Source of the DNA: Ilumatobacteraceae bacterium
GTDB lineage: Bacteria; Actinomycetota; Acidimicrobiia; Acidimicrobiales; Ilumatobacteraceae
DNA length: 50,092 nucleotides
Assembly (NCBI GenBank): GCA_031404635.1
Contig: JANNHY010000119.1
Span: 1 to 50,092 of the forward strand
Direction: 5' to 3'
In this document: in pieces, positions 41,622 through 50,092 of the stretch
How the letters are laid out: each line of letters begins with the position of its first letter
Numbering within the stretch: the first letter of the stretch is position 1
Made by a program: the position numbers and the translations under genes
Notes under the pieces: generated by a model
Seen by the model: the letters and a program-made list of their open reading frames with translations, nothing else
Told to the model about the DNA's origin: nothing
Databases searched by the model: none

Positions 41622-43067
41622 TCAGCGCAGTGGGCCGGGCCCGCGCCGGAGGTCGAGTGTCGATTCGTAGGCATGAGCGAGGCGGAGCACCTCGATGTCG
41701 CCTCGCGGGCGACCGATCAGCTGCATGCCCATCGGCAGCCCGCGCTCGTCGAAGCCCACGGGCACGCTGATCGCCGGCAGCCCGGCGAATGTGGCGTAGG
41801 CCGTGACTTCCATCCAGCGGTGATAGGTGTCCATCGCCCGGTCGCCAATGCGCGGCGGCCATCGCTCGGTTGCCTCGAATGGCCAGACCTGGGCAGAGGG
41901 GAGGGCGAGCACGTCGAAACGATCGAACAGGTCGGTGATGCTCGAGTAGAACGCGGTGCGATCGACCGAGGCCCGGGTGATCTGCGGCCCGGTGACACGC
42001 AGCCCGCCGTCCACCTCCCACAGTGCTTCCGGCTTCATCAGGTCCCGGTTGGCAGGGTCGGCGATCAGCAGCGCCAGCCCGGCCGACACCAACAAATGAC
42101 GCCACACCAGCCACGCGTCCCACACCCGCTCGGCCGACATGCCGAACGCGGTCGACTCCACGGCGCAGCCGAGTGCCTCGATACGGCGCAGCCCGTCGCC
42201 GCATCGCTCGAGGATGCCGGGCTCGACTGCCAGATAGCCGTCGAGGTCGCCGAGCCATCCGACGCGGGTTCCAGATGGTTCACCCTGCAACCGGCGGCGG
42301 GCCAGCGCCACAGTCGCCAACTCGTCGAGGTGACCGGAGAGTGACAGCGGGGCCCGAGGGTGATAGCCGGCCTGTGTGCCGAGCAGCAGGGCAACGTCCA
42401 ACACGGTGCGACCCATCGGGCCGGCGGTGCCGAGCTGGGCGAGGTAGCAGTCGGGCTCGGGCCAGCTGGGCACACGGCCCTGGCTGGGCCGGAACCCGAA
42501 CACGTTGTTCCACGCCGCCGGGTTGCGCAGCGAGCCCATGTAGTCGCTGCCATCGGCGACAGGCAGCATGCGCGTGGCCAACGCCACCGCCGCGCCACCA
42601 CTGCTACCGCCGGCGGACCGGCTCGGGTCGAAAGCGTTGCGGGTGGTGCCGAACACGTCGTTGAACGTATGCGAGCCGAGCCCGAACTCGGGGACGTTGG
42701 TCTTACCGATGACGATGCTTCCGGCGGCTTTCATGCGGGCCACCATCAGGCAGTCGAAGTCGGGCACGAAGTGCTCGAGCAACCGCGACCCCATGGTGGT
42801 ACGCAGCCCCTTGGTCTCGGCGAGGTCTTTGATGGCTTGCGGCATTCCGTGCATCCAGCCGCGGGACCGGTCGTGGGCGATCTCGTCGTCGCACACGGCC
42901 GCATCGGCGAACAATTCCTCGCGGCCGCGCAGGCTGACGATGGCGTTCACCGCAGGGTTGCACTCGTCGATGCGATCGAGGTAGGCGGCCATCACCTCAC
43001 GGCATGACACCTCTCGGAGGTGAATGGCCTCCGAAAGCTGTGCAGCAGAGCGATCGGTGATGTCCAC
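41622..43067 (-). CDS. amidase-signature family amidase
   Basis: The AS motif is GGSSGGAAVALATRMLPVADGSDYMGSLRNPAAWNNVFGFRPS. The GTG start overlaps the TAG of the upstream VOC gene by 1 nt. Confidence 0.9.
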   Translation of the reverse strand: MDITDRSAAQLSEAIHLREVSCREVMAAYLDRIDECNPAVNAIVSLRGREELFADAAVCDDEIAHDRSRGWMHGMPQAIKDLAETKGLRTTMGSRLLEHFVPDFDCLMVARMKAAGSIVIGKTNVPEFGLGSHTFNDVFGTTRNAFDPSRSAGGSSGGAAVALATRMLPVADGSDYMGSLRNPAAWNNVFGFRPSQGRVPSWPEPDCYLAQLGTAGPMGRTVLDVALLLGTQAGYHPRAPLSLSGHLDELATVALARRRLQGEPSGTRVGWLGDLDGYLAVEPGILERCGDGLRRIEALGCAVESTAFGMSAERVWDAWLVWRHLLVSAGLALLIADPANRDLMKPEALWEVDGGLRVTGPQITRASVDRTAFYSSITDLFDRFDVLALPSAQVWPFEATERWPPRIGDRAMDTYHRWMEVTAYATFAGLPAISVPVGFDERGLPMGMQLIGRPRGDIEVLRLAHAYESTLDLRRGPGPLR

Positions 43068-43768
43068 TACGGCCAGTCGGCGGCATCGTCGAAGCCATCG
43101 GTTTGCACCTGCGTCACGCAGAAGGCCTGCCCGACGGGATCACGCATCGTCCACCACGTCTCGATCAGTTCGACCCGTGACGCGCCCAAGCCCTCGAGGC
43201 GGCGCGCCTCGGCCTCGACATCATCGCTCTCGATGTCGACGTGCCACCGCGGCGTACCCGTGCCGAGGCGCTGAATCCCGACAGTGACCTTCCGACCCAA
43301 TCGGCCAAGATCGAAGTAGCGATCTGGCTCTCCATCCTCTGGGACCAAGTCGCGACCGAGCGCCGACGTCCAGAACGCTGCTCCGGCCTCGAAGTGCTCG
43401 GTCGGCAGGTCGAGGTACACGCCGCTACTGGTGCCGGGCACAATGCAGAACGGCATCCCAGCGGGGTCGATCAGGCGCGCCCAACCGTCGAAAAGCTCAT
43501 CGACAACGGCTCCCGCAGCTACCACCCGAGCGATCGTCGCGTCGACGTCGTCGCTGACGACGTCGAGATGCCACCGCACCGACCCACCGCCGATGCGCTG
43601 GACACCCACCTCGAATCCGCTCCAGGTGCCGAGCATGTAGAAGGCCCCGGGGAACGTGGTGGCATCTCGTCCCGCGTAGCCGAGCCCGTCGCGCCAGAAG
43701 CGGCAGGTGACATCGAAGAGATCGCCAGGGACGTCGATCCAGAACGACGCCAGCCGAGACCGGTGCAC
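43067..43768 (-). CDS. VOC (glyoxalase/bleomycin-resistance-like) family protein, tandem domains
   Basis: Two internally similar halves each end in ...RWHLDVVSDDVDATIARV... and ...RWHVDIESDDVEAEARRL..., followed by DPAGMPFC and DPVGQAFC. Confidence 0.6.
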   Translation of the reverse strand: MHRSRLASFWIDVPGDLFDVTCRFWRDGLGYAGRDATTFPGAFYMLGTWSGFEVGVQRIGGGSVRWHLDVVSDDVDATIARVVAAGAVVDELFDGWARLIDPAGMPFCIVPGTSSGVYLDLPTEHFEAGAAFWTSALGRDLVPEDGEPDRYFDLGRLGRKVTVGIQRLGTGTPRWHVDIESDDVEAEARRLEGLGASRVELIETWWTMRDPVGQAFCVTQVQTDGFDDAADWP

Positions 43769-43824
43769 GGCCCAACGCTACCGACCCTTCACGGCCGCGA
43801 CCACGCGACCCCCGAGGTAAGGTC

Positions 43825-44946
43825 GTGGCGATGGGTTCGATTGGGGAGTCGATCACGCTGCAACAGCTGGAGGACGACCCGTATCCTGCGCTGGCCCGAC
43901 TGCGCCGCGACGAGCCGGTGGCATTCGTGCCTGATCTCGACATGTGGTTGATCACCCGTTGGGACGACGTCGTGATGGTCAACGAGCGACCCGATTTGTT
44001 CACGTCGGCGACCAAACCCAGCTGGCTCAACACGGTGCTCGGCGTGAACATGTTGGGCAGCGATGGCGCCGATCACCGCCGCCAGAAAAACGCGCTGCAG
44101 CCGACGTTCGCGCCGACCGCCACGGGCGCGTGGCTCAACGAACGACTGCCCCAGATGTGCGACGAGTTGATCGACGGCTTCGATCCCTCCGGCACCGACG
44201 TGATGACCGCCTACGCCGAGCCGATCGCTGTGCGGGCACTTCAGGACGCGCTCGGCTGGACGAACGCGACGTGGGAACAGATCGCCGGCTGGACGCGTGG
44301 TGTGTGCACCGGCTTGGCGAACTTCACCAACGACTCCGAATTGGCCCGGGTGGCCGCCACCGCCAACGAGGAGTCGGGCCTGTCGATCCGCGAACTCGTT
44401 GTGCCGAAGCTGGCCCACACCGGGCTCGCCGCCGAGGAGATCGTCAACAACGTGCGGCTGTGCATGTCGGGGGGCATCAACGAGCCGCGCGACGGCATCG
44501 CCCTGACAGTGTGGGCGCTGCTCACCCACCCCGATGCGCTGGCGGCGTGCCGTGCCGACCCGGGCTTGTGGCGACATGCATGCGAGGAGCTGTTCCGGTG
44601 GATGTCACCCGTCGCCACCGCGACCCGGCAGACGACCGTCGATGCCGAGTTGCACGGCGTGACCATCCCTGAGGGCGCGCTCGTCGCCGGTGTGTTCAGC
44701 TCGGCCAACCGCGATGAGCGCCATTGGACCGATCCCGACCGCTACGACGTCTACCGCACTGAAGGCCCGCACATCGCCTTCTCGACCGGTGCACACGCGT
44801 GCCTCGGTGCCTGGCTCGGGCGCAGCACCGTACGCGTCGCCGTGCAACGGCTGCTCAAACGGTTGCCCGGTCTTTCACTCACGAAGTCCGTAGAGATCCG
44901 CGGGTTCGAGTTCCGTGGGCCCGTCGGGCTCGCTGTGCAATGGTGA
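43825..44946 (+). CDS. cytochrome P450
   Basis: The heme-binding loop is FSTGAHACLG, with an ExxR-like EELFRW and I-helix-like GGINEPRD. The start is the GTG at 43825 or the ATG at 43831, after GAGGTAAGG. Confidence 0.88.
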   Translation: MAMGSIGESITLQQLEDDPYPALARLRRDEPVAFVPDLDMWLITRWDDVVMVNERPDLFTSATKPSWLNTVLGVNMLGSDGADHRRQKNALQPTFAPTATGAWLNERLPQMCDELIDGFDPSGTDVMTAYAEPIAVRALQDALGWTNATWEQIAGWTRGVCTGLANFTNDSELARVAATANEESGLSIRELVVPKLAHTGLAAEEIVNNVRLCMSGGINEPRDGIALTVWALLTHPDALAACRADPGLWRHACEELFRWMSPVATATRQTTVDAELHGVTIPEGALVAGVFSSANRDERHWTDPDRYDVYRTEGPHIAFSTGAHACLGAWLGRSTVRVAVQRLLKRLPGLSLTKSVEIRGFEFRGPVGLAVQW

Positions 44947-45314
44947 CGACCGTTTGAAGTGAGTGTTCGAGGGCGACGACGTACCGCTGTCCCGAGTGTG
45001 ACGGAGGCGACATACCTAGATTCGTGGAGACCCACAAATACGCATGTCGCCCGATGCGCCCAGCTGCCTCATGCCTCACACTGAGGTCATGTTCCACTCG
45101 TATCAACTCTCCACCATCCTCGTCGCTGATCACCAGGTTCGGCTGCGCAATGCCGCTTCCCGTCGACGGATCGTCCGCCGCAACAAGGCGCCGGCCGGCG
45201 ACTTGCCCTCGGCGCGCGTCTCCCCGGTCGCGTGGCGCGACGGCGCCGATTCTGTGGTGAACGAACAGCGTGTCCACTGCATCGCCTGATCGTTGCAGCG
45301 GTATTGTCGAGGCA

Positions 45315-45920
45315 ATGCTGTCTGGGCGTAGCGGCCTGTCGTCGACGATGGTGGGCCGTACCGCGGCGCTCGCTCGATTGACCGGCTTGGTCGAAGCCAC
45401 CGAGGTTGCCATGGGCGATGGCCCCGAGCTCGTGCTCGTGTCGGGCGAGGCGGGAATCGGCAATCGAGGACCTCCATTGGGTCGATGCCGACAGCGCCCA
45501 CGTGCTCGAGCACCCTCGCCCAGCAGCCATTGCCACGCCTGGTTATGGTCGGCACCTATCGCCCCAACGACCTGTCGCGCCGGGCGCCGGGCGGCGAGCT
45601 GATCAGCCGTCTGGAACGGCAGCACACAGTCGAGCAGCTACGTCTCGAACGCCTCGACCGCGGTGAAGTGGTCACATTGCTCACGGCAATCGGCGGCACG
45701 CCTCCGTCGTCCGGGGCCGTCGACGTCAACACGCGAGCGTGAGGTCGCCTCGCTGATTGCCGAAGGCCTGACTAACGGGCAGTTGGCCGAACGCTTGTTC
45801 ATCTCCCCGAAGACGGCGGCCGTGCATGTCTCCAACATCTTGATGAAGCTCGGCCTCGGCGGTCGCGCCGAGGTAGCGGCGTGGGCCGTACAGCAGGGGA
45901 TCGACGCCAAATCGGCCTGA
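45315..45920 (+). pseudogene. decayed LAL/LuxR-family regulator (frameshifts plus large internal deletions)
   Basis: Homologous pieces lie in three frames. One frame has MVGRTAALARL...VLVSGEAGIG. A second has IEDLHWVDADSAHVLE. A third has LPRLVMVGTYRPNDL...LRLERLDRGEVVTLL. The last piece, back in the second frame, is REREVASLIAEGLTNGQLAERLFISPKTAAVHVSNILMKLG, ending at 45920. Confidence 0.75.
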
Positions 45921-46004
45921 CGATCACACTGGCCAGGTCGGCGTTTACGACTCGCGCCCCGATACGGGGCCGCAACCATCAAACGCAATGGTATTTTCGG
46001 CAGG

Positions 46005-47345
46005 GTGGTAGCCGATCAGCTCATCGCGGCGCGGTACCAGATGGCTCTGTCGCTGGGGTTTCACATTGTCTTGTCGTGTGTTGGGGTGGCCTTCCCGGCG
46101 ATGATCTTCGTGGCCCACCGACGCGGGTTGCGTGACAGCGACGACATCGCCCTGTCGTTGGCCAAGCGGTGGTCGAAGGTCGCCGCGGTGCTGTTCGCTG
46201 TCGGCGCGGTGTCGGGCACGATTCTCAGCTTCGAGATGGGTCTGTTGTGGCCGGGCCTGATGTCGCAGTTCGGCGACGTGATTGGTCTGCCGTTCGCACT
46301 GGAAGGCATCGCCTTCTTCGTCGAGGCCATCTTCATCGGGATCTATCTGTACGGCTGGGGTCGGCTGCCGGCCCGCACCCATCTGTACACGTTGATACCG
46401 ATCATGGCATCTGGGGTGTTCGGCACGTTCTGCATCCTGGCCGTGAATTCGTGGATGAACGCGCCGAGCGGCTTTCGACTGGAGGGTGGCAAGGTCGTCG
46501 ATGTCGACCCGCTTGCCGCCATCTTCAACGACGCGTTGCCGATGCAGTTCCTGCACATGTTGTTGGCCGCGTACATCGTCACCGGTTTCCTCGTCGCCTC
46601 GGTGTACGCCACCGGGGTATTGCGCGGCCGTCGCGACCATCGCCACCGCCTGGGTTTCTTGGTGCCGTTCGCCTTCGCCTCGATCGCCGCGGTCATGCAG
46701 CCGCTTGTCGGCCATGTGGCGGGCATGCGCCTGGCAACCCAGCAGCCCGAGAAGTTGGCGGCGATGGACATGGCCGTCGACACCGAACAGAACGCACCGC
46801 TCACCATTGGTGGCGTACTCGTGAACGGTGATGTTCGTGGAGGCTTCGAGATCCCCGGTCTCGGTTCGCTACTGGCGCGCGCCGGGTTCAACCGCCCGGT
46901 GCAGGGGCTGAACGACTTCGACGTCGAGGATCGGCCGCGTGCCAATGTCGTGCACTGGTCGTTTCAGGCGATGGTCGCCCTCGGCACGGCGTTGGCGGTC
47001 GGTGCATCGCTGTTTTGGTGGCGACGTCGTCGAGGCCACGATCTGTTTGCATCGAAGTGGGCGATGCGCCTGGCAGTGCTTGCCGGGCCGGCCGCTGTGC
47101 TCACGTTGCAACTCGGTTGGATCACCACCGAGGTCGGTCGCCAGCCGTGGATCGTGTATCGCGTGCTACGTGTCGAGGACGCGGTTACCGCCAACAATGG
47201 GGTGTGGATCTCGCTGGCGATGCTGGTGGTCGTGTACACCGCGATGGGAGTGGTCACCGTGCGTGTCGTGCGCAGCATGGCGGCGCGCTGGCGCGCCGGC
47301 GACGGCGATGATCTGCCCACTCCCTACGGGCCGGTGTCGTCGTGA
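46005..47345 (+). CDS. cydA: cytochrome bd ubiquinol oxidase subunit I
   Basis: The N-terminus is LIAARYQMALSLGFHIVLSCVGVAFP, followed by Q-loop and GWITTEVGRQPW motifs. GTG start at 46005. Confidence 0.93.
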   Translation: MVADQLIAARYQMALSLGFHIVLSCVGVAFPAMIFVAHRRGLRDSDDIALSLAKRWSKVAAVLFAVGAVSGTILSFEMGLLWPGLMSQFGDVIGLPFALEGIAFFVEAIFIGIYLYGWGRLPARTHLYTLIPIMASGVFGTFCILAVNSWMNAPSGFRLEGGKVVDVDPLAAIFNDALPMQFLHMLLAAYIVTGFLVASVYATGVLRGRRDHRHRLGFLVPFAFASIAAVMQPLVGHVAGMRLATQQPEKLAAMDMAVDTEQNAPLTIGGVLVNGDVRGGFEIPGLGSLLARAGFNRPVQGLNDFDVEDRPRANVVHWSFQAMVALGTALAVGASLFWWRRRRGHDLFASKWAMRLAVLAGPAAVLTLQLGWITTEVGRQPWIVYRVLRVEDAVTANNGVWISLAMLVVVYTAMGVVTVRVVRSMAARWRAGDGDDLPTPYGPVSS

Positions 47346-48355
47346 ACCTCAACGACGTGGTCGCCGCCATCTTGTTCGTAGGCGTGATTGCCTACGCCGT
47401 GTTCGCCGGCGCCGACTTCGGCACCGGGGTGTGGGACCTGTCGGCGGGCGACGCCGAGCGTGGTGGCCCTCTGCGCGCCCAGATCGACCGGTCCATCGGC
47501 CCGGTGTGGGAGGCCAACCATGTTTGGCTGATCTTCGTGCTGGTGTTCCTGTGGTCGGGTTTCCCGGTGGCCTTCGGGGCGATCATGACCACGCTGTTCA
47601 TCCCGTGGATGCTGGTCGGGCTGGGCATTGTGTTGCGCGGCGCGGCGTTCGCCTTCCGCAAGTTCTCGACCAGCGTCACCGAGGCAAGGTGGGAGGGCGC
47701 GGTGTTCGCCGCCTCGTCGGTGATCACCCCGTTCTTTCTGGGCATGATCGCCGGGGGTATCGCCGGTGGGCGCGTGCCACTGGAGGGCGGCGACGTGTGG
47801 ACCAGTTGGACCGGCCCGACGTCGTGGATCGGTGGCAGTTTGGCGGTGTTGACCTGCGCGTTCCTGGCTGCCACCTTTTTGGCGACCGACGCCGCCCGTA
47901 CCGGTCAAGCGGAGTTGGCCGCGCATTGCGGCCGACAGGCCTTGCGCACCGGCGCGGTGACCGGTGCGGTTGCGCTGCTGGCCATATTCCCGCTACGGGC
48001 CGACGCCGCAACGCTGGTGCATCGCCTTCAAGGTCGTGGATCGGTGCCCGTGGTGGTATCGGCATTGGCCGGTTTGGCGGCCTTGGTGCTGCTGCGACAG
48101 CAGCGTTGGCCGCTAGCCCGAGTCGCCGCCGTAGTGGCCGTTGCCTCGATCGTGATCGGCTGGGGAGTCGGCCAGTATCCCGATGTGCTGATCGACCACG
48201 CCACGATCGACCAGGTCGCCGGCGCACGATCCACGATGGTGAGCCTGGTCGTGGTGTTCGGTTTTGCCGCCGTGACCGTGGTGCCGTCACTGGTGTGGCT
48301 GTACATCTTGGTGCAGCGACCGATCACTGGTCGCTCGAACCCTTCCACAGGTTGA
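47342..48355 (+). CDS. cydB: cytochrome bd ubiquinol oxidase subunit II
   Basis: The GTG overlaps the cydA stop (GTGA). The sequence VFAGADFGTGVWDL...GPVWEANHVWLI is typical of CydB, and the protein is multi-pass hydrophobic. Confidence 0.9.
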   Translation: MNLNDVVAAILFVGVIAYAVFAGADFGTGVWDLSAGDAERGGPLRAQIDRSIGPVWEANHVWLIFVLVFLWSGFPVAFGAIMTTLFIPWMLVGLGIVLRGAAFAFRKFSTSVTEARWEGAVFAASSVITPFFLGMIAGGIAGGRVPLEGGDVWTSWTGPTSWIGGSLAVLTCAFLAATFLATDAARTGQAELAAHCGRQALRTGAVTGAVALLAIFPLRADAATLVHRLQGRGSVPVVVSALAGLAALVLLRQQRWPLARVAAVVAVASIVIGWGVGQYPDVLIDHATIDQVAGARSTMVSLVVVFGFAAVTVVPSLVWLYILVQRPITGRSNPSTG

Positions 48356-49352
48356 TGCCGGCGTCGGTTGCATAGTGGTCGACCTCGGCCAGTTCGTCGG
48401 ACGTCAACGCCATGTTCCCCAGCGCAGCGACATTGTCGTCGAGCTGCTTGACGCTGCTCGCGCCGATCACCAACGAGGTCATCCGCGAATCGCGCAGCGC
48501 CCACACGAGCGCCAGCTGAGCAAGTGATTGGCCACGACGCGCCGCTATCTCGCCGAGCGCTCGAACCCGCGCGAGTCGCTCGTCGGTGATCGAGTCGGCT
48601 TGCAACGCGCCCCCGGTGGCGGCGCGCGAATCGGCCGGAATGCCGTGTAGGTAGCGGTCGGTTAGCAGGCCCTGGGCGAGCGGGGAGAAAGCAATGCACC
48701 CGGCGCCCACCTCGTCGAGAGTGTCGAGCAGGTGATCCTCCTCGGTCCAGCGGTTGAGCATCGAGTACGACGGCTGGTGGATGAGCAACGGAACGTGGTG
48801 CTCGGCCAGCAGTCGGGCGGCCTGGCGCGTGCGCTCCGACGAGTACGACGAGATGCCGACGTACAGCGCCTTGCCCTGATTGACGGCCGACACCAGCGCG
48901 CCAACCGTCTCCTCGAGCGGCGTGTCGGGGTCGACGCGGTGTGAGTAGAAGATGTCGACGTAGTCGAGACCCAAGCGGACGAGCGACTGGTCGAGCGAGG
49001 CGAGCAGGTACTTGCGCGAGCCGAGGTCGCCGTACGGGCCGGGCCACATGTCGTAACCGGCCTTCGTCGAGATCACCAGTTCGTCGCGGTAACCGGCGAA
49101 GTCGGCGGCGAGGATGCGCCCGAAGTTCGCCTCGGCCGCGCCGTAGGGCGGTCCATAGTTGTTGGCCAGATCGAAATGTGTCACGCCGAGGTCGAACGCC
49201 CGGCGACAGATCTCGCGCTGCGTCGTCCACGATCGATCATCGCCGAAGTTGTGCCAGAGCCCGAGCGAGATGGCCGGCAGCAACAGACCGCTGCGACCAC
49301 ACCGGCGGTAGATCATCGACTCGTAGCGGGCAGGGTCGGCGGCAAACGACAT
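48324..49352 (-). CDS. aldo/keto reductase (YghZ / L-glyceraldehyde-3-phosphate reductase-like)
   Basis: Start at the ATG at 49352 (MSFAADPARYESMIYRRCGRSGLLLPAISLGLWHNFG). Motifs are THFDLANNYGPPYG, STKAG and VDIFYSHR. The upstream 159 codons of the track ORF have no support. Confidence 0.9.
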   Translation of the reverse strand: MSFAADPARYESMIYRRCGRSGLLLPAISLGLWHNFGDDRSWTTQREICRRAFDLGVTHFDLANNYGPPYGAAEANFGRILAADFAGYRDELVISTKAGYDMWPGPYGDLGSRKYLLASLDQSLVRLGLDYVDIFYSHRVDPDTPLEETVGALVSAVNQGKALYVGISSYSSERTRQAARLLAEHHVPLLIHQPSYSMLNRWTEEDHLLDTLDEVGAGCIAFSPLAQGLLTDRYLHGIPADSRAATGGALQADSITDERLARVRALGEIAARRGQSLAQLALVWALRDSRMTSLVIGASSVKQLDDNVAALGNMALTSDELAEVDHYATDAGINLWKGSSDQ

Positions 49353-49452
49353 GTGCCAAACACTACGCGACGGCCAGATTGGGGAACCCGCCGAAGTGTT
49401 TGCCCTACTCAGGCATTGATTAGCATTGAGCGATCGAGATGAGGAGACCGCT

Positions 49453-50043
49453 ATGACCAGCCTGCGCGATCGTCCAAACACCGCCCTGTTGGTGGTGGAC
49501 GTGCAAAACGACGTGGTGGCCAACACCCACCACCGCGACAAGGTGATCGCGAACATCAACACCCTGATCGACAGCGCCCGCGCCCAGCAGGTGCCGGTGA
49601 TCTGGGTACAGCACGCCGACGACAACCTCACCCATGGCAGCGATGGCTGGCAGTACGTGCCGGAGCTGCAGCGCCTGGAATCCGAGCCGCTGGTGCACAA
49701 GAAGTACGGCGACTCCTTCGAGGACACCACCCTTGAGTCCGAACTCGCCCAACGGGGTGTCGGTCGCCTCGTCGTCACCGGCGCACAGACCGACGCCTGT
49801 ATCCGGGCGACGCTGCACGGCGCGTTCACTCGCGGCTACGACACGCTGCTCGTCAGTGACGCCCACACCACCGAGGACCTCTCCGAGTACGGCCTGCCAC
49901 CGGCCGACAAGGTGATCGCCCACACCAACATGTACTGGACGTGGCAGGCGGCCCCCGGACGCAGCGCCAGCGTGCTCGACACCGCCGACGTCAACTTCGA
50001 CGCAACCAACGATGGTGCCGTGCCAGGTCTCGTCGAACTGTGA
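49453..50043 (+). CDS. isochorismatase-family cysteine hydrolase
   Basis: The ATG at 49453 follows GAGGAG. Motifs are ALLVVDVQNDV, HKKYGDSF and VVTGAQTDACIRAT (catalytic Cys). Confidence 0.88.
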   Translation: MTSLRDRPNTALLVVDVQNDVVANTHHRDKVIANINTLIDSARAQQVPVIWVQHADDNLTHGSDGWQYVPELQRLESEPLVHKKYGDSFEDTTLESELAQRGVGRLVVTGAQTDACIRATLHGAFTRGYDTLLVSDAHTTEDLSEYGLPPADKVIAHTNMYWTWQAAPGRSASVLDTADVNFDATNDGAVPGLVEL

Positions 50044-50092
50044 GCCCGATCTCGCCTTGTCATCAGGCGGTCAGCGGGCTCACACCATATCT

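Noticed and set aside
45044-45289. 81-aa ORF in the lower-GC spacer, and the 248-aa minus ORF at 44879-45625
   Set aside because: There is no SD and no family motifs beyond a faint ILVADH receiver-like string. The minus ORF is antisense to the regulator remnant. I treat both as non-coding or decayed sequence rather than genes.
46939-48375. 478-aa plus-strand ORF overlapping cydA and cydB out of frame, and the 400-aa minus ORF at 48028-49230
   Set aside because: These are off-frame or antisense to membrane-protein and AKR genes with clear family motifs. The translations are Arg/Gly/Pro-rich.
1-50092. CRISPR arrays, rRNA genes, IS elements or transposases, and integrons
   Set aside because: Apart from the two nested palindromes and the 12-bp-phased GGTGA triplet, I saw no regularly spaced direct-repeat array, no rRNA-like sequence, no DDE or serine/tyrosine recombinase-like ORF, and no terminal inverted repeats flanking a gene.

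Overview
High-G+C (roughly two-thirds by eye, not computed), densely coding chromosomal segment. Gene content suggests Actinomycetota, but this taxon call is inference. I call about 45 CDS, one tRNA-Lys(UUU), one decayed regulator gene, two copies of a nested-palindrome repeat, and a few hairpins and operator-like sites. No rRNA, CRISPR array, transposase or integrase is visible. Left to right: hemB(partial)-hemL; a membrane-anchored Thr-rich protein; ispD-ispF-rlmB (minus) divergent from crp; then a tight minus-strand string (14231 down to 5174) of an FHA-fused triple FtsK/SpoIIIE ATPase, a 2Fe-2S/molybdopterin oxidoreductase, a betaine-type binding lipoprotein, an ABC ATPase and an ABC-2 permease. 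Next come an ECF-like sigma/HTH protein; enoyl-CoA hydratase; an XRE-HTH plus minimal nucleotidyltransferase pair abutting tRNA-Lys; hemerythrin; an NfnAB-like pair; a LAL-type LuxR regulator; and a CoA-transferase, DNA ligase and kynureninase string. Then GH38 mannosidase; M20 amidohydrolase; a solitary WXG100 gene; an MTH1187-like protein, an HTH protein and a HAD hydrolase; coaA; an orphan N6-adenine DNA methyltransferase; MATE; map; ABC-F; a secreted PG-binding lysozyme-like protein; sulfatase; a 36-aa Lys-rich ORF; amidase; VOC; P450; a decayed LAL regulator; cydAB; an aldo-keto reductase; and an isochorismatase-family hydrolase. Many adjacent genes overlap by 4 nt (ATGA/GTGA at 280, 3283, 3765, 5926, 6858, 16640, 18927, 25382, 31525, 47342), and several divergent gene pairs have almost no intergenic DNA. 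The items most worth follow-up are the orphan FHA-EssC/EccC-like ATPase with a WXG100 gene 17 kb away, the XRE/nucleotidyltransferase pair beside the tRNA, and the ~105-bp GATGAG-rich nested palindrome present twice. The ORF track counts GTG/TTG as starts, so many listed ORFs are 5'-extended. I trimmed starts where homology, SD sequences or neighbouring genes supported it. All function calls come from reading motifs by eye, not from searches.
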